A DNA stretch of 63,796 nt, the filler included, from Conidiobolus incongruus B7586 (Eukaryota): assembly GCA_000697335.1 (NCBI GenBank). It is 13 parts of 13 records of this genome, joined end to end, with 100 filler letters (N's around TTAATTAATTAA, not from the genome) between each part and the next. Parts side by side here need not be neighbours in the genome. Positions count along the whole stretch, not along the records: positions 1 to 4,825 come from JNEM01005794.1; positions 4,926 to 10,409 come from JNEM01005795.1; positions 10,510 to 15,856 come from JNEM01005796.1; 10 more parts are not named here. One strand, given 5' to 3'. The position numbers were made by a program, and so were the translations under genes. The notes beneath the pieces were generated by a model. That model ran no database searches, was not told where the DNA came from, and saw nothing but the letters and a program-made list of their open reading frames with translations. Each line of letters begins with the position of its first letter. The first letter of the stretch is position 1. Below are positions 1-11,817 of this stretch, piece after piece.

Positions 1-722
1 TATATTAAAATTAAAAAAAATAACAAAAATTAAGAAAAAAAAGAAAAACTTAGTTTAATAAATATATTGATATTCAATAATTAAAATTTTGTTAAAATAA
101 AGCAAAAAATAATTGATTATTAAATAAATATTCAATTATTTAATATATATGAATTTATATATTATATTTTTAATTCTTATAAATTAAAAAAATTAATAAT
201 ATTTAAAATATATAATAATATCATTGTAAATATAAGTTAATTTAAATTAAATTCAAAATTAATTTTTTGATATTTCAATTAATATATTTTAATAATTTTT
301 CAATGATTTCATTTAATTAATAAAGTACAATGATTTGAAAATATTGACTTATTTTATAATATGATGGTATTAACTAAAATATAATTAGGTTTATTCTAGG
401 TTATATCTTTGTTTGAAATAAAATTTGAAACAATATCTCCTAAATATTTTATCCACTGAATTTAAGTCATTAAATAATGTTTATGAAATTTGAGTTTATT
501 ATTAAAATAATTAAATCAATCAATATATTGTTTATTCGGTAATTAAAATACAAGTTAATAGCTCGAACACGAAACTAACTGGGGTGATTGAAGCGGAAAA
601 CTAATTAGTAGGATTGCTTAATTTAAGGCGGGGATGAAGTGATCGTTTAAGGAGGGAGTATCTATAGCTTTGGAGTAAGATTGAGGAGGGTAAACATCTC
701 AAAGTGGCTACATTAGGAGAGC

Positions 723-1938
723 TTAGTTTTTATTGTCGCCTATGTTACTCACCATCATGTTCCAGATGGGAGGCAGGCCGAATTTTTGACTCTTCCGCCG
801 AGTTGCTGTGCGAACAGTGGCATTAGAAAGAACATTTTTACTAGCTCCATCCAAAGAGTTCATGCTTTTCTTTTTACTCGGCAATAGAGTTGTATGAAGG
901 TCCAGCCAAGCAGTGCTCAGATTGTCTACAGGCTTGGAAAATACACTTGACATCTTGTTGAGTAGCATTCTTGGAGGTTTGACATCAGGTGTGGGTGTAG
1001 CCGCTGAAGATGGTGTTGAATCTGAGGGTGATTGTGAAGGAGTGCTTGAATCCGATACCATCATCGGAACTGCATCTTTTGAAGGAACAGGTGGGGGATT
1101 GGATACTAGAGTATGCTGAGTCCTTGACGAGGAGCTTGATGAAATTGTTGCATTTCTTAATGCAGAGGTAGACTTAAATTTGGGGATAGATTCGTGCTGG
1201 ATAGATTGTGGAATTGAAGAAACGGCAGCGGGTTTAGAGAGAGTAAGGTGATGGAGGCGTTTGAGCCCATCTTGTGGATAAAGTTCATTCCAAAGAACTC
1301 TTCTCAAGTGAGGCTGTTGTGAAGTTTGGCTCAGAGATCGAAGAAGTTTCCCATCCATGAACTCGACAAACTCAGTCCAGTGCTGTTTTGAAACATAGAG
1401 TTGGAAGCCCAAGAAAAACAACAGCTCAACTTCCATTTTATTCACTTCTTCGAGTTTAAATAATCCCTGGCTCACCTGCGCCCAGCTTCTATTATGATAG
1501 CAATTGTCATAAAGATATTTGTATGCTATGATAATAGCAGCAAGTAATAAGCGGTGTGGGGAACTATGTGTCCCCTTACACGCTGGGTGTTTTTGCTTTA
1601 ATCGAATCAAATATATCAACGCCACGAAAATAGTTGTGATTGATGAATTTGTTCTTCGTATAACACGATAGATGAAATCGGATAAGGGGGGAAGCCCATC
1701 ATCAGCATTCGCTGGGCCTTCACAACCAAATAGATGGGTCACGAAGCGTTCAGCTAGAGCTAAGTAAAGCAATTAGTAAACAAGAAGATTTTAGTCAAGT
1801 TGAATACTCACCTATTGTAACAAGGCGGAGCTGCTTTTTGTCTTCGTCAGTTGTGACGAGCTTCTCATCAAAGGCTGGAGGCATAATCAACTCCAGGCTG
1901 TTATAGTGATGGTTGTTTTGATACATAGATCCCAACAT
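723..1938 (-). CDS. PHO80/Pcl-family cyclin (2 exons)
   Basis: Cyclin box: LSDFIYRVIRRTNSSITTIFVALIYLIRLK...HRLLLAAIIIAYKYLYDNCYHNRSWAQVSQGLFKLEEVNKMEVELLFFLGFQLYV, followed by an S/P/T-rich tail. Exon 1 is 1938-1812 (MLGSMYQ...), donor GTGAGT at 1811, branch TACTAAT, acceptor AG at 1760 or 1754 (both in frame). TATA-like box near 2157-2165. Confidence 0.88.
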
Positions 1939-4825
1939 ATTGTGTTAATATATATTAATTAAACCGTATCGAATTTTAAAGGAACCCGTTTGATGAAAAC
2001 AAGTCACAAGAGGACGGTGAAAAAAATAAAATTAAATTATCTATTGTTAAATGGTTGGGGAAGCTGGAGAATATCAAAATGAATGACCAGAATCAAACTC
2101 TAGGCTGGGAGGAAAGGAAGAATTAGGTAATCGGGTGCTTTGAAGAGGAGCAAGGGTATTTATATGGATTTGTCCTGATGAAGGGGCAGCTATCCTAAAA
2201 TTGGAAACCTTCTCTAACCCCTGAACCGGAAACTCATCTGAAACATGTCATTTTAACTCTATATGGATGATCAATTTGGAATGGATGATGAAAGGGTGTA
2301 ATGATGAAGCGTCTCACGATTCCTAATTAAAAATCCTCCTCAATTCCTTAAGCTATTTCAAATGTTTCAATTAAACTTCCTTAATAGCCAATAACCAAGC
2401 TTGATCCATTCTTTGATTGGCTAATTCTTAACTTCTTTTTCTGAGTTGAAAGGTCAATTAAAGCATCTTCAATAGGCCTAATTAGATTTAATGAGTCTTA
2501 AATTTCCTAATCGTTCGGATAATTGCGTTTGATAATCTTTACTAACCAAATTGTATATTATCAAAATCGAATTCATTACATATTCATTAATAAATCACTA
2601 ATCAATCATCACTTAGCAAATTCAATATGATATAATTAAATCCATTCTCAATTATGATTTGAATTATCATTGATTTATATTTTAAAATATGTCGAATTGC
2701 ATTTTATATTGATCGATACTTTGATGAAACTACACCACATCTATTTTATTGTATCAAAACAGTATTACTATTATTTATAGTCTTATTATATCATTATGCT
2801 ATTTGGGTGAGTTTCAATCTGACGTTCAAGGTATTATCTCTCCTCTTCCTAATATCAAAATTATAAACCCCATTCTCCTGAAATAATTCTACATTAATAT
2901 TTCACACACTATAAAATAATATATTTAGTTTCATAAATGAATTATTAAAAAACTACGTTTCAAAATGATCCTCCCCACAATAGTTAAAAGGGGTATTTTA
3001 TATTAACTTTCAATTTTATAATTTATAAAGCTTAACTTATATACCCTATACACACGAGGCATTAGCTAGTTTGTTCATTATTAAGTTTAACCCATTGAAA
3101 TATCATTATTAATGTTAAACTAAACTGATATAACTGTGAAATATATACCTTATTTTAATAACTAATAAGTATGGTATTGTAATTAATTGGATAATAATAA
3201 ATATTAATACTAGTGTTATTCAATCAAATTAATAAACTAATAAATATACCAAATAGAAACGTCATATAAAGAGTGGTTAAATAAATATAATTACTATATG
3301 AAAAAAAATTAATATCCATTGAATTCAAAAAGATTAATCATAAAATATTTATTGTAAACTGTATTTTATATTTAAATTGCATTATATTCCAAACTTGATT
3401 ACTTCAATTTTCTATATTGCATCAAGTTAACATTTTAATTTTATCAATTTGATTATTAATAATATTGTTGACATTATTTAATGTTTGGCTTAAACAAACA
3501 TAATATATAAGCAAGATATTGAATTATTACTATTTACTTTGCGCTACTATAAAATAATTGATTTAATAATATAAATCATATATTACAATAGTGAAATATA
3601 ACTTAATTCTTGAAAATACAAATAAATATTCAGGTAAATTGTCACAATTCAAATAATTAAATTTCCATAGTTTAACTTGATTTAATATGAAACAATTTTT
3701 TCCTTATATTTAACAAATTAGAACCATCACAAAAATTTGTATTAAATAAATTTCAACTGAAATTTAACTATCAATTGATTCAACTGGACAGATTTATATT
3801 ATTATTTTTGTTGTCAAATCATTGATAAAGTTTATTTAAATTAATCATAGAATATATAATAATAAATTCATCGTTTGGAAATTATAATATTATGTGATAT
3901 GTATCAATACATGGCAAATATTATTAAATATTCAAAATAAATTAACCAATATAAAAAACTTGAAAATCAATTGAATATTATATTTCACAATACTTCAGAT
4001 GTTATAATATTTTGTAATAGTATTGTTTATTTATTACTTAGTTTCGATTCATTTGTTTGAGTATTAAACAAATTTCAAGACTAAATATTAACATCACTAA
4101 ATTCAGATTGATTTTGATATCAAAGAACTATAATAATAATAAAATAATCTTGAAAGTTTATGATTATGTAGAATATTTCAGAATTTTAATTTTAAATATC
4201 TATTTTTATCATCTTAATTTTGAAACTATAGTTATAAGTATATAATTTATCAGTTCAAAGATTTTTATTATAATTATATAGATACTAAAACTAGTGATTA
4301 CTATGTATTGAATTTTCTTTAAAATCAATTATTTATTTTGAAGTATTTAATTAAGCACTAATTCCTGAAATATTATGCTGAAATGTAAGTCTATTAACAG
4401 AAAAATAAAAATCAAATGAATTTTATGAATATTATTATTTATTAAACCAATCTGGCATTATGAATTATTCTATTTTAAATGATTATTTAATACAAATAAA
4501 CATAATATATTATGTATATATAATGCTATATAATCTGATAATTATATTATAATTATATCAATATATTCTAAAATAATTATTATATATGCATTTGATATAT
4601 AAATTAACTAATTTGAAAATTATTTAAGTTTATTTCTGATTATTATAAAATCAAATATTTAATCTTATGATATATAATAGTGATTATTAAGCTATTAATT
4701 TTTCAATATATTTTATAATGATAATATATTATTCAATATATCTTTATTATATTTTAAGATAGTTCTATTATAGATTTATAATAAAAAAAATTAATTATTA
4801 TTAAAATGATATTAAATATTAATAA

Positions 4826-4925
4826 NNNNNNNNNNNNNNNNNNNNNNNNNNNNNNNNNNNNNNNNNNNNTTAATTAATTAANNNNNNNNNNNNNNNNNNN
4901 NNNNNNNNNNNNNNNNNNNNNNNNN
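4826..4925. other. Artificial contig-joining spacer N44-TTAATTAATTAA-N44 (first of 12)
   Basis: Identical 100-nt spacers, with stop codons in all six frames, at 4826, 10410, 15857, 21802, 24245, 29967, 42850, 44669, 49649, 54976, 58802 and 62676. Several genes are cut by them. Confidence 0.97.
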
Positions 4926-7721
4926 CTAATTAATCTTTAATTAAAATCATTAGATAAGTTTTAATATATTTTTTATTATTATTAATAATCATAAAAATAA
5001 AAATTGATTTTATTTTGAAAATTTTGATAAATTTTAAATAATATCTCTTATAGTTTTAAAATATCAAAATTAATGATAAATAATAATTTGAAATGAATTA
5101 TTATTTTTTAAGCTTTTTACAAATTTCAAATAATTTTGAAAAATATATGGTTACGTTTTCATAATTCAAAAATAAATATTTTGATAATTATCACCTGATT
5201 TGATTATAATTGAACTTTATATCTTTAGTTAAAATATTTAAATTAAAAAATAATTTTATTTGGATATATATAGCTTGAAAATTATAATTCTCATATATTT
5301 TTTAAATATAATCAACTATAAATTAAGTATATATTTGAAAAATCAGAAATTAAAAAATTTGCTATTTCTTTTTAAACCAATAAATAAATGTTAATAAATT
5401 ATTATAAAGTGATTAATTTAGTATAAACAGTCAAATCAAGTATCTATATAGCATACTTGGCATTTAAGGTTGGATATTCAATTTAAAAATATATTTATTA
5501 ATATTGAATTATCAAATAATATCAAAATATTAATTATATATTATTATTCATTATTTATACATAATTAAATATTTATAAATATATTAAATTTCAAAATCAA
5601 AGTTTGATCTTGATTGGATAATCAAGAAAATATTGTTTAATAGATTATAACATTTACCAAATCAATTATTTAAATAAGCTTAATAATAAATAGTCTACTA
5701 AATCATATTATAGGTACTTTTCTAATAATAATCATTATTAATTAAAAATCATATAAAATCCAACATTAGATTAAATAATATAACTTTCCTAATTGGGTAA
5801 TGATAAAAGTATAATTTCAATTATATTTTAATATATTTTTTAATTTGTTTAATATTTAATTTATAATACTATTTTGAAATAATAAATTTTATATTTATAA
5901 TTTTAATATAAAAAATATTAAATATTAGGAATAGGATTAGATCAAGTTCAAGACTTTTATCAAATAAGAACTTGAGATTTTACACTTACCAAGATTACAT
6001 CAAGCAATCTTTCAGTTTCTGTACTTATTTGAAAAATGATTAGAACCTGAAAGGTATGGGAATCTTGGTAGAAATTTGATTTACTTCAAAGTTATTTAAA
6101 AATGTGAATAAAATAATTTACTATTCTTACATTGGAAAATCAAATAAATTTATTTGGATCATTCACAACATTGAGTTTATAACGAAAATTTCGCAAATCT
6201 ACTTTTCTAATAAATTATAATAAAAATTTAATAAATTTGAAATATATCTTGGAGTCAAAAATAATTCAGATTTAATTACTACTCTGACCTTTGATTTAAA
6301 ATATTTGAACACGAATTTTTATCTCAATATTTGTAAAATTTAATGTATTTTATATAATATTATAAATTACATGGAAAATTATCTGTGATAGTACATAAAT
6401 AAAAATAGAAATTTATTATATAAAGTATTTCAATATGTGTGAGTTAAGATTTTATACAGTATTTAAAAGACTTTAAAATTAATTGCATATACATTGTATT
6501 ATAATAACTCTATCAATCATCATATCTATTGTGAATATTTCAATTTGTTTATGAATAATTGAAATCAAATATAGTACAAAATCATCAATTCTGATAAAAT
6601 TTTGGTATTCAAAAATATCAAAAATATTTTTTATTTATATATGATTTTGATTTTATATTAGTGACGCAATTACCTCAAGTATTGATCAATATTAAAAATT
6701 TAAACCTAGTACAAGATTTTTATAAATTTTAGTTAATTTGTGACTGACCAGATTGGATTGGTCAATTTATTGTACAATTATAACCAATGATTTTATCATA
6801 ATTGAAAATTGGGATATCATCTTAATATTTATTAGTTATAGAATAAAAATAAATAACTAGTATATCATTATACATTCTCTAGCCTTGGTCAAAATTCATG
6901 ATTGGAATTATACTTTATTGGAGAGTAATTTTACAATTGGATAATTTAAGTTCACAAAAATTGTTCTATAATCTTAAATTTCTTAATTTTAAATCATTGT
7001 AAATAAAAAATTGCCAATATTAATATTAGATACAGTGAAACAAAGGCCAAAAAAATCTAATTTATTATAAACACAGTATTGTAACAAAAATATTTTATTG
7101 TTTCAAAATTATAGCATTAATACATTTGAATAGTTATATTAATTCATAATTATTTTTTCAACCATATATAATAATTATCCAATAATATGATATTTAATAA
7201 TTCAGCAATAATAATGTTAGAATTTTGTTTGCGTAAAGATTCAATAAAACATTGAATGATATCGGTGTATGAGTAACGACAAAAGTTTTAGGATAAAAAT
7301 TAATTATTATTAATATAGCAAAATTTAATCTCCAAAAAGTACAGATCAGGTAGGAATAATATGTGAGGTGGTTCAATCAATGAGGCGGTATAGGGTAATA
7401 AATAGTGTTATGAACAATGATGTTATTTTAGTGAAGGGAGATATAATAAGGATAATGGAAATCAAATTTTTTTAACCGTACATATTTCATTCATTTACAA
7501 ATCGAATAAATTTTTTACATCATATCTTTTAAATAATATCAAATAACTTGTTTATTATTTCTTGGTTGTGCTTGGTCCAGATGTATTTAATTTGTTGATC
7601 TAATACACAAATAGAAAACAAATATATTTATATATAAGTTTATTCAATTATTTTCAAGAGTTTACAAAATAATTAAACAATTACTTTATTTATTAATAAA
7701 TAAAAGGGCTGGATAAAAACA

Positions 7722-9497
7722 TTAACTTGAAGCTTTGGAAGAACTGTTCAAACCTAATTCTAAGCTATCAGTTTTAGTGTTTGTGGTATTACCTATTGTC
7801 GTATTATCTGTAGAGGGATGAATGTAGTGTTTACTAAGATGTATTTGATTTGAAAGATTCGATTCGGGTATATATGCGGTTATAGACTCATTCAAATGAT
7901 TTTTTAAACACTTATTAGATAGGTGAATTGGATCCATTTCGGGCATTGGTAATGCTTTCGTTTGAAATTTGGGATCTGTTCCATATTGAAAAGTTGCCGA
8001 ATTAAATATTAAATTTGTATCAATTTTCTGTAAAGGATCCAATTTGTTTCCAAAAGGATTTTTCGAGCTGGTAGAGTTGTTCAATAGTAAATTTCCCTTT
8101 TTATTCAGGTTCTGATCGGACCATATATTTTGTAATTGGAAATCATTAATTGGCTTGGATTTGGATTTTTTTCTCGAGTAATAAATGATACCTGCTCTGA
8201 GAAGTACCAATAATATTAAAGATAACAAAACGACTATAACGATAGCGTAAACAGGCATTTCAGGTGAAGGGTTGAAGTAGTTATTTTGACTTCTAAATCG
8301 ATCAGGTTCTGAATATATAGATTGAGGAAATTCAACTGATTCAACTAAATCTTCTGTGTCTAAATCAATTGCCAGCATTTCAATTTTGTAGTTTGTGTTG
8401 ATATTAACATGATTGATGAGCATATATTTATCGATCAATATTGCATTATGAGTACTGATTATACCATTTTCAGGCTGTTTTTTTGGTGAAAGCTTTTTCC
8501 ACCTCCAATTCCAGTTATTCAAATCCAATATACCAAAGTATGAATCGTATTCTATATTCGAGTTTTCCATATAAGCTCCACCATATACATATAATTGGTT
8601 ATTTCGACAAACTACAGCAAAAGCATAATGTCCTCTATGTTCCAAAAATTTGTTATCATTGTCGGCTATTTGAGTCTCTTGATATTCCCATTTTCTCTGA
8701 TCAATATCAAAGATCAATATATGTTTAAAATCGATTAATTCGGGGTTAATAACTTTCAAGGGAATGCGATCGGTGTATTTAGAAGCTCGATATCCCCCAA
8801 GAACAATTAATTTTCTATTATTTAAATTGATGACTTGATGCCCTGCAAATGGTTTCAAATTAGTTGGAAGTAAATTGGTTAAATCATCCCATTTTTTGGT
8901 GAGAAAGTTATATGAACAAAAACTCTTGATGATTTCAGATGATCCTTTAGATTGATCGTATTGTGATCCGCCCAATATATATATACTGGCATTTGAAAGC
9001 ATGCTAGATGGATCTAATTCTCCTACAAGGGTTACGCTATAATCAAAATCTGGGAAATTATGGAAAGAATGATATGTAATATTGTTGGTTGGCAATATTT
9101 TAATATCATATATAGGTCCTTCAACAAGCCTAAGTCTTGACTTCGCCAAAGCATTCATTTTATCTAAATAATAGTAGGGCATTGATCCAAATACATATAT
9201 ATTTTTTTGAGATTTTAGCGACTCTGGGGGATTGAGGAATTGATAATTTAATATTTGACTCGGTTCATCTAGGTTATTATACCGGGAATATGAAGACCTC
9301 GCAGAGTCTATAGTTCCGTTTATTAGAGGATAGCGATATATCGTATAATCATCTTTGTATGATTTAGGTGGTTTGTATATTATGACATTGTCCCATAATA
9401 TTGTAGAACTCTGTAGTGGTGCCAAAAGTAACTCTTTATCACTATCTGCAATATTGAAATTAATTATAAAAATAGCTAATAAAAGATTTATTTTCAT
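7722..9497 (-). CDS. Secreted/type-I membrane kelch-repeat (galactose oxidase-like propeller) protein
   Basis: Signal peptide MKINLLLAIFIINFNIADS; kelch blades IYVFGS, IYILGG, LIVLGG, LYVYGG with downstream W residues; one TM helix VYAIVIVVLLSLILLVLLRAGIIYY followed by basic SRKKSKSK; intronless 591 aa ORF. Confidence 0.8.
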   Translation of the reverse strand: MKINLLLAIFIINFNIADSDKELLLAPLQSSTILWDNVIIYKPPKSYKDDYTIYRYPLINGTIDSARSSYSRYNNLDEPSQILNYQFLNPPESLKSQKNIYVFGSMPYYYLDKMNALAKSRLRLVEGPIYDIKILPTNNITYHSFHNFPDFDYSVTLVGELDPSSMLSNASIYILGGSQYDQSKGSSEIIKSFCSYNFLTKKWDDLTNLLPTNLKPFAGHQVINLNNRKLIVLGGYRASKYTDRIPLKVINPELIDFKHILIFDIDQRKWEYQETQIADNDNKFLEHRGHYAFAVVCRNNQLYVYGGAYMENSNIEYDSYFGILDLNNWNWRWKKLSPKKQPENGIISTHNAILIDKYMLINHVNINTNYKIEMLAIDLDTEDLVESVEFPQSIYSEPDRFRSQNNYFNPSPEMPVYAIVIVVLLSLILLVLLRAGIIYYSRKKSKSKPINDFQLQNIWSDQNLNKKGNLLLNNSTSSKNPFGNKLDPLQKIDTNLIFNSATFQYGTDPKFQTKALPMPEMDPIHLSNKCLKNHLNESITAYIPESNLSNQIHLSKHYIHPSTDNTTIGNTTNTKTDSLELGLNSSSKASS

Positions 9498-10509
9498 TTT
9501 TTTAAAAAAATATCATTCCATTTCTAGGTAATATCCCTTTTTATATCCATTTTACTTTCTCACGCTTTCATTAATCCTTTTAAAATAGTGATTTTTCAAA
9601 TGATTGGTTAATTCTTACACAATTTAATAAATTCAATTTTTTTTTTCAAATTTTTAAATCAAGATATGTGGTAATTTTTTAGTTTGTTCCCGAAGAAATA
9701 GTGCTGTAAGAAATGATAACTGTGGTAATCTGATATTCTAATTAGACAATTTAATAATAATAATAATTCACAAATCTATATATAATCAACAATAGACAAT
9801 AATTTTCAACTAGATTGTTTTAAAACAAAAAGGTTACTTTGTCATTGATATTACTCTTTATTTTAAATTATGCAAATTGTCTGCAATTAAAAATAAATAA
9901 ACATTTTAAAATATAATATATAAAAAAATTATATAATATAAATTTAATAGTTTCTTTTATTATCAATAACTTTTTACTATACTTTTAGTAAACTTCTAAT
10001 ACTTAAAAAAACTATTCCTTTTATTAAAGACTGAAATTTAATGTTTTACAAACCAGTTAAATTTTTTTGTAGAAATTTTCTTATAAGTTGATGTTTTAAT
10101 TACCTAAAGCAATTATAATTACATAAGTTATAATCTAAAGAATATACTTGATATAGTAGTTTTTCCTAGTTATTTTTAATTAGAAAGTTTTTTATAATTT
10201 TAGCTTTATTTATTTTATAATTATTATTTAAAATAATAAATTTTCTCAAATTATATTAAGAACTCTAATTAAAAATAGTTTTATTTAAAAAAGTAATATA
10301 AAGTTTACAAATAATTAATTTTCTTTTAAGAAATAAATAAAAATAACATATGCTATTATAATTTATCATAATTAATAATATTTATTTATTATTAATATAT
10401 TTTTTAATTNNNNNNNNNNNNNNNNNNNNNNNNNNNNNNNNNNNNNNNNNNNNTTAATTAATTAANNNNNNNNNNNNNNNNNNNNNNNNNNNNNNNNNNN
10501 NNNNNNNNN

Positions 10510-11817
10510 TGGTAGCATTAAAGCAGTGTTATGGGAAAGAATGGATGGTGACAAAGTAAAAAAGCAGAAAGAAAATAACATGATCAAAAATGTTGCACCA
10601 ATAGGCTTAGCTTTGCTACCTGAGTTACCTTGAGATGCATTATCATTAATTGATTCAACATCCTTTTCCACTTTAACAGTAACAAGAGGCTGTACGTCAT
10701 TACTAGTTGAATCGGTCGAATTATTTTGAGAAACTGCGGCTAATTGCGCTTCAAGAGCCTTAATCCTATCCTTTAATTCTTGATTTTCATTTAATAAAGA
10801 TTGATTCTGGTTCTCAAGTTCGGCCAAGTGCTCTCTCTTACGCTTACGTGATAATAAAGCAGCTGCACGATTTTTAATCAATCTTTCTTGTTTCTTATTT
10901 AATACCTGTTGGCGTAATTTTTCGGATTCCGATAGAACAGGTTCGGGAATTGGTTCAACTCTGGGGGCAATTGGGACAACTAAAGAATTTGAGGGTTTTA
11001 TGGCGAGAGGAGCAATGGGACGAGATTGAGGTGCAGGAGTGACGGGTGCAGGAGGTGAGGAATACTGAGGAGCAGCTTGAGTGGGAGGATTGGAAGTAGT
11101 ATTCGTTGTTTTAGTAGATTTTCTGCCTCTTTTGGATTTGGTAGTGGAATTATCAGGGATTTTATTAGTGGTAGGAGAACTTTTGGGAGCTGAAACAGGG
11201 CTGATAAGCTGAGGCGTGGTTGGCTTGGCTGGGGTTATTTTTTTAGTAGGAGGTTGTACTGGCAAAGGATCAACTGAAGCGGGTAAATTCTGATGATAAG
11301 AGTTGGAAAAAGAAAATAAAAGAGAGGGATTGTTGACAAGTGCCGATATAGCAGGATCCATAGGCAAAGTGGTAGAAAGAGAGGTTGATTCAACTTGAGA
11401 GGATTCATTTAAGGATGAGTTGATGAAGGGATCTAGAGAAACCATATTGGCATTAGGAATGTTTGTATTGAATTCATAAGTTGGAAGACAAGAAGTAAGA
11501 AAATCGTTAAAATTGTTTTGTTCAGGTAAGCCCATAAGCATAGGATTGGCTGTAATGTCAAAGGGATTACACTGGGGTTGTAAAAATGGCTGGGAATTGA
11601 GCCAAAATTGAGAAGGATCGTCTAATTGTGACGAGGGATTTCGGGGTGACTCTGAAGAGGTAGAGGACCATTGTGGTGAATCAACAGTATTAAATGAATC
11701 AAATACATTTGAAGTAGGGTTGGGTGAAGTGGAATCAGATTTAGAAGAATAGTCTTCGAGCAAGTCTTGGTTGACGTAAGTCAAAAAATCATTAGTTTCA
11801 TCATACAAGGACTCCAT
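10510..11817 (-). CDS. Membrane-tethered bZIP transcription factor (CREB3/ATF6-like architecture), 3' end cut by spacer
   Basis: Basic region KKQERLIKNRAAALLSRKRKREHL, leucine zipper LENQNQSLLNENQELKDRIKALEAQL, then a hydrophobic segment GATFLIMLFSFCFFTLSPSIL; acidic/Ser-Pro-rich N-terminus. Confidence 0.85.

Noticed and set aside
4057..4245. Short 60-100 aa ORFs in AT-rich DNA and antisense to real genes (e.g. 4057, 7194, 12694, 36220, 47143, 54555, 58122, 62369)
   Set aside because: I/N/K/F/Y-biased chance ORFs, shadows of real genes, or pieces of repeat relics.
4870..4881. Recurrent TTAATTAATTAA between N runs as a biological repeat or CRISPR-like array
   Set aside because: Fixed 100-nt format with six-frame stops: an assembly linker.
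5930..6310. Slightly GC-richer patch, possible LRR-like pseudogene fragment
   Set aside because: Multiple stops and no recognisable motif; would need tBLASTn.
9900..10409. Possible degraded transposon next to a spacer
   Set aside because: It has the TA-rich texture of the other relics, but I could not recover a convincing motif or alignment by eye.
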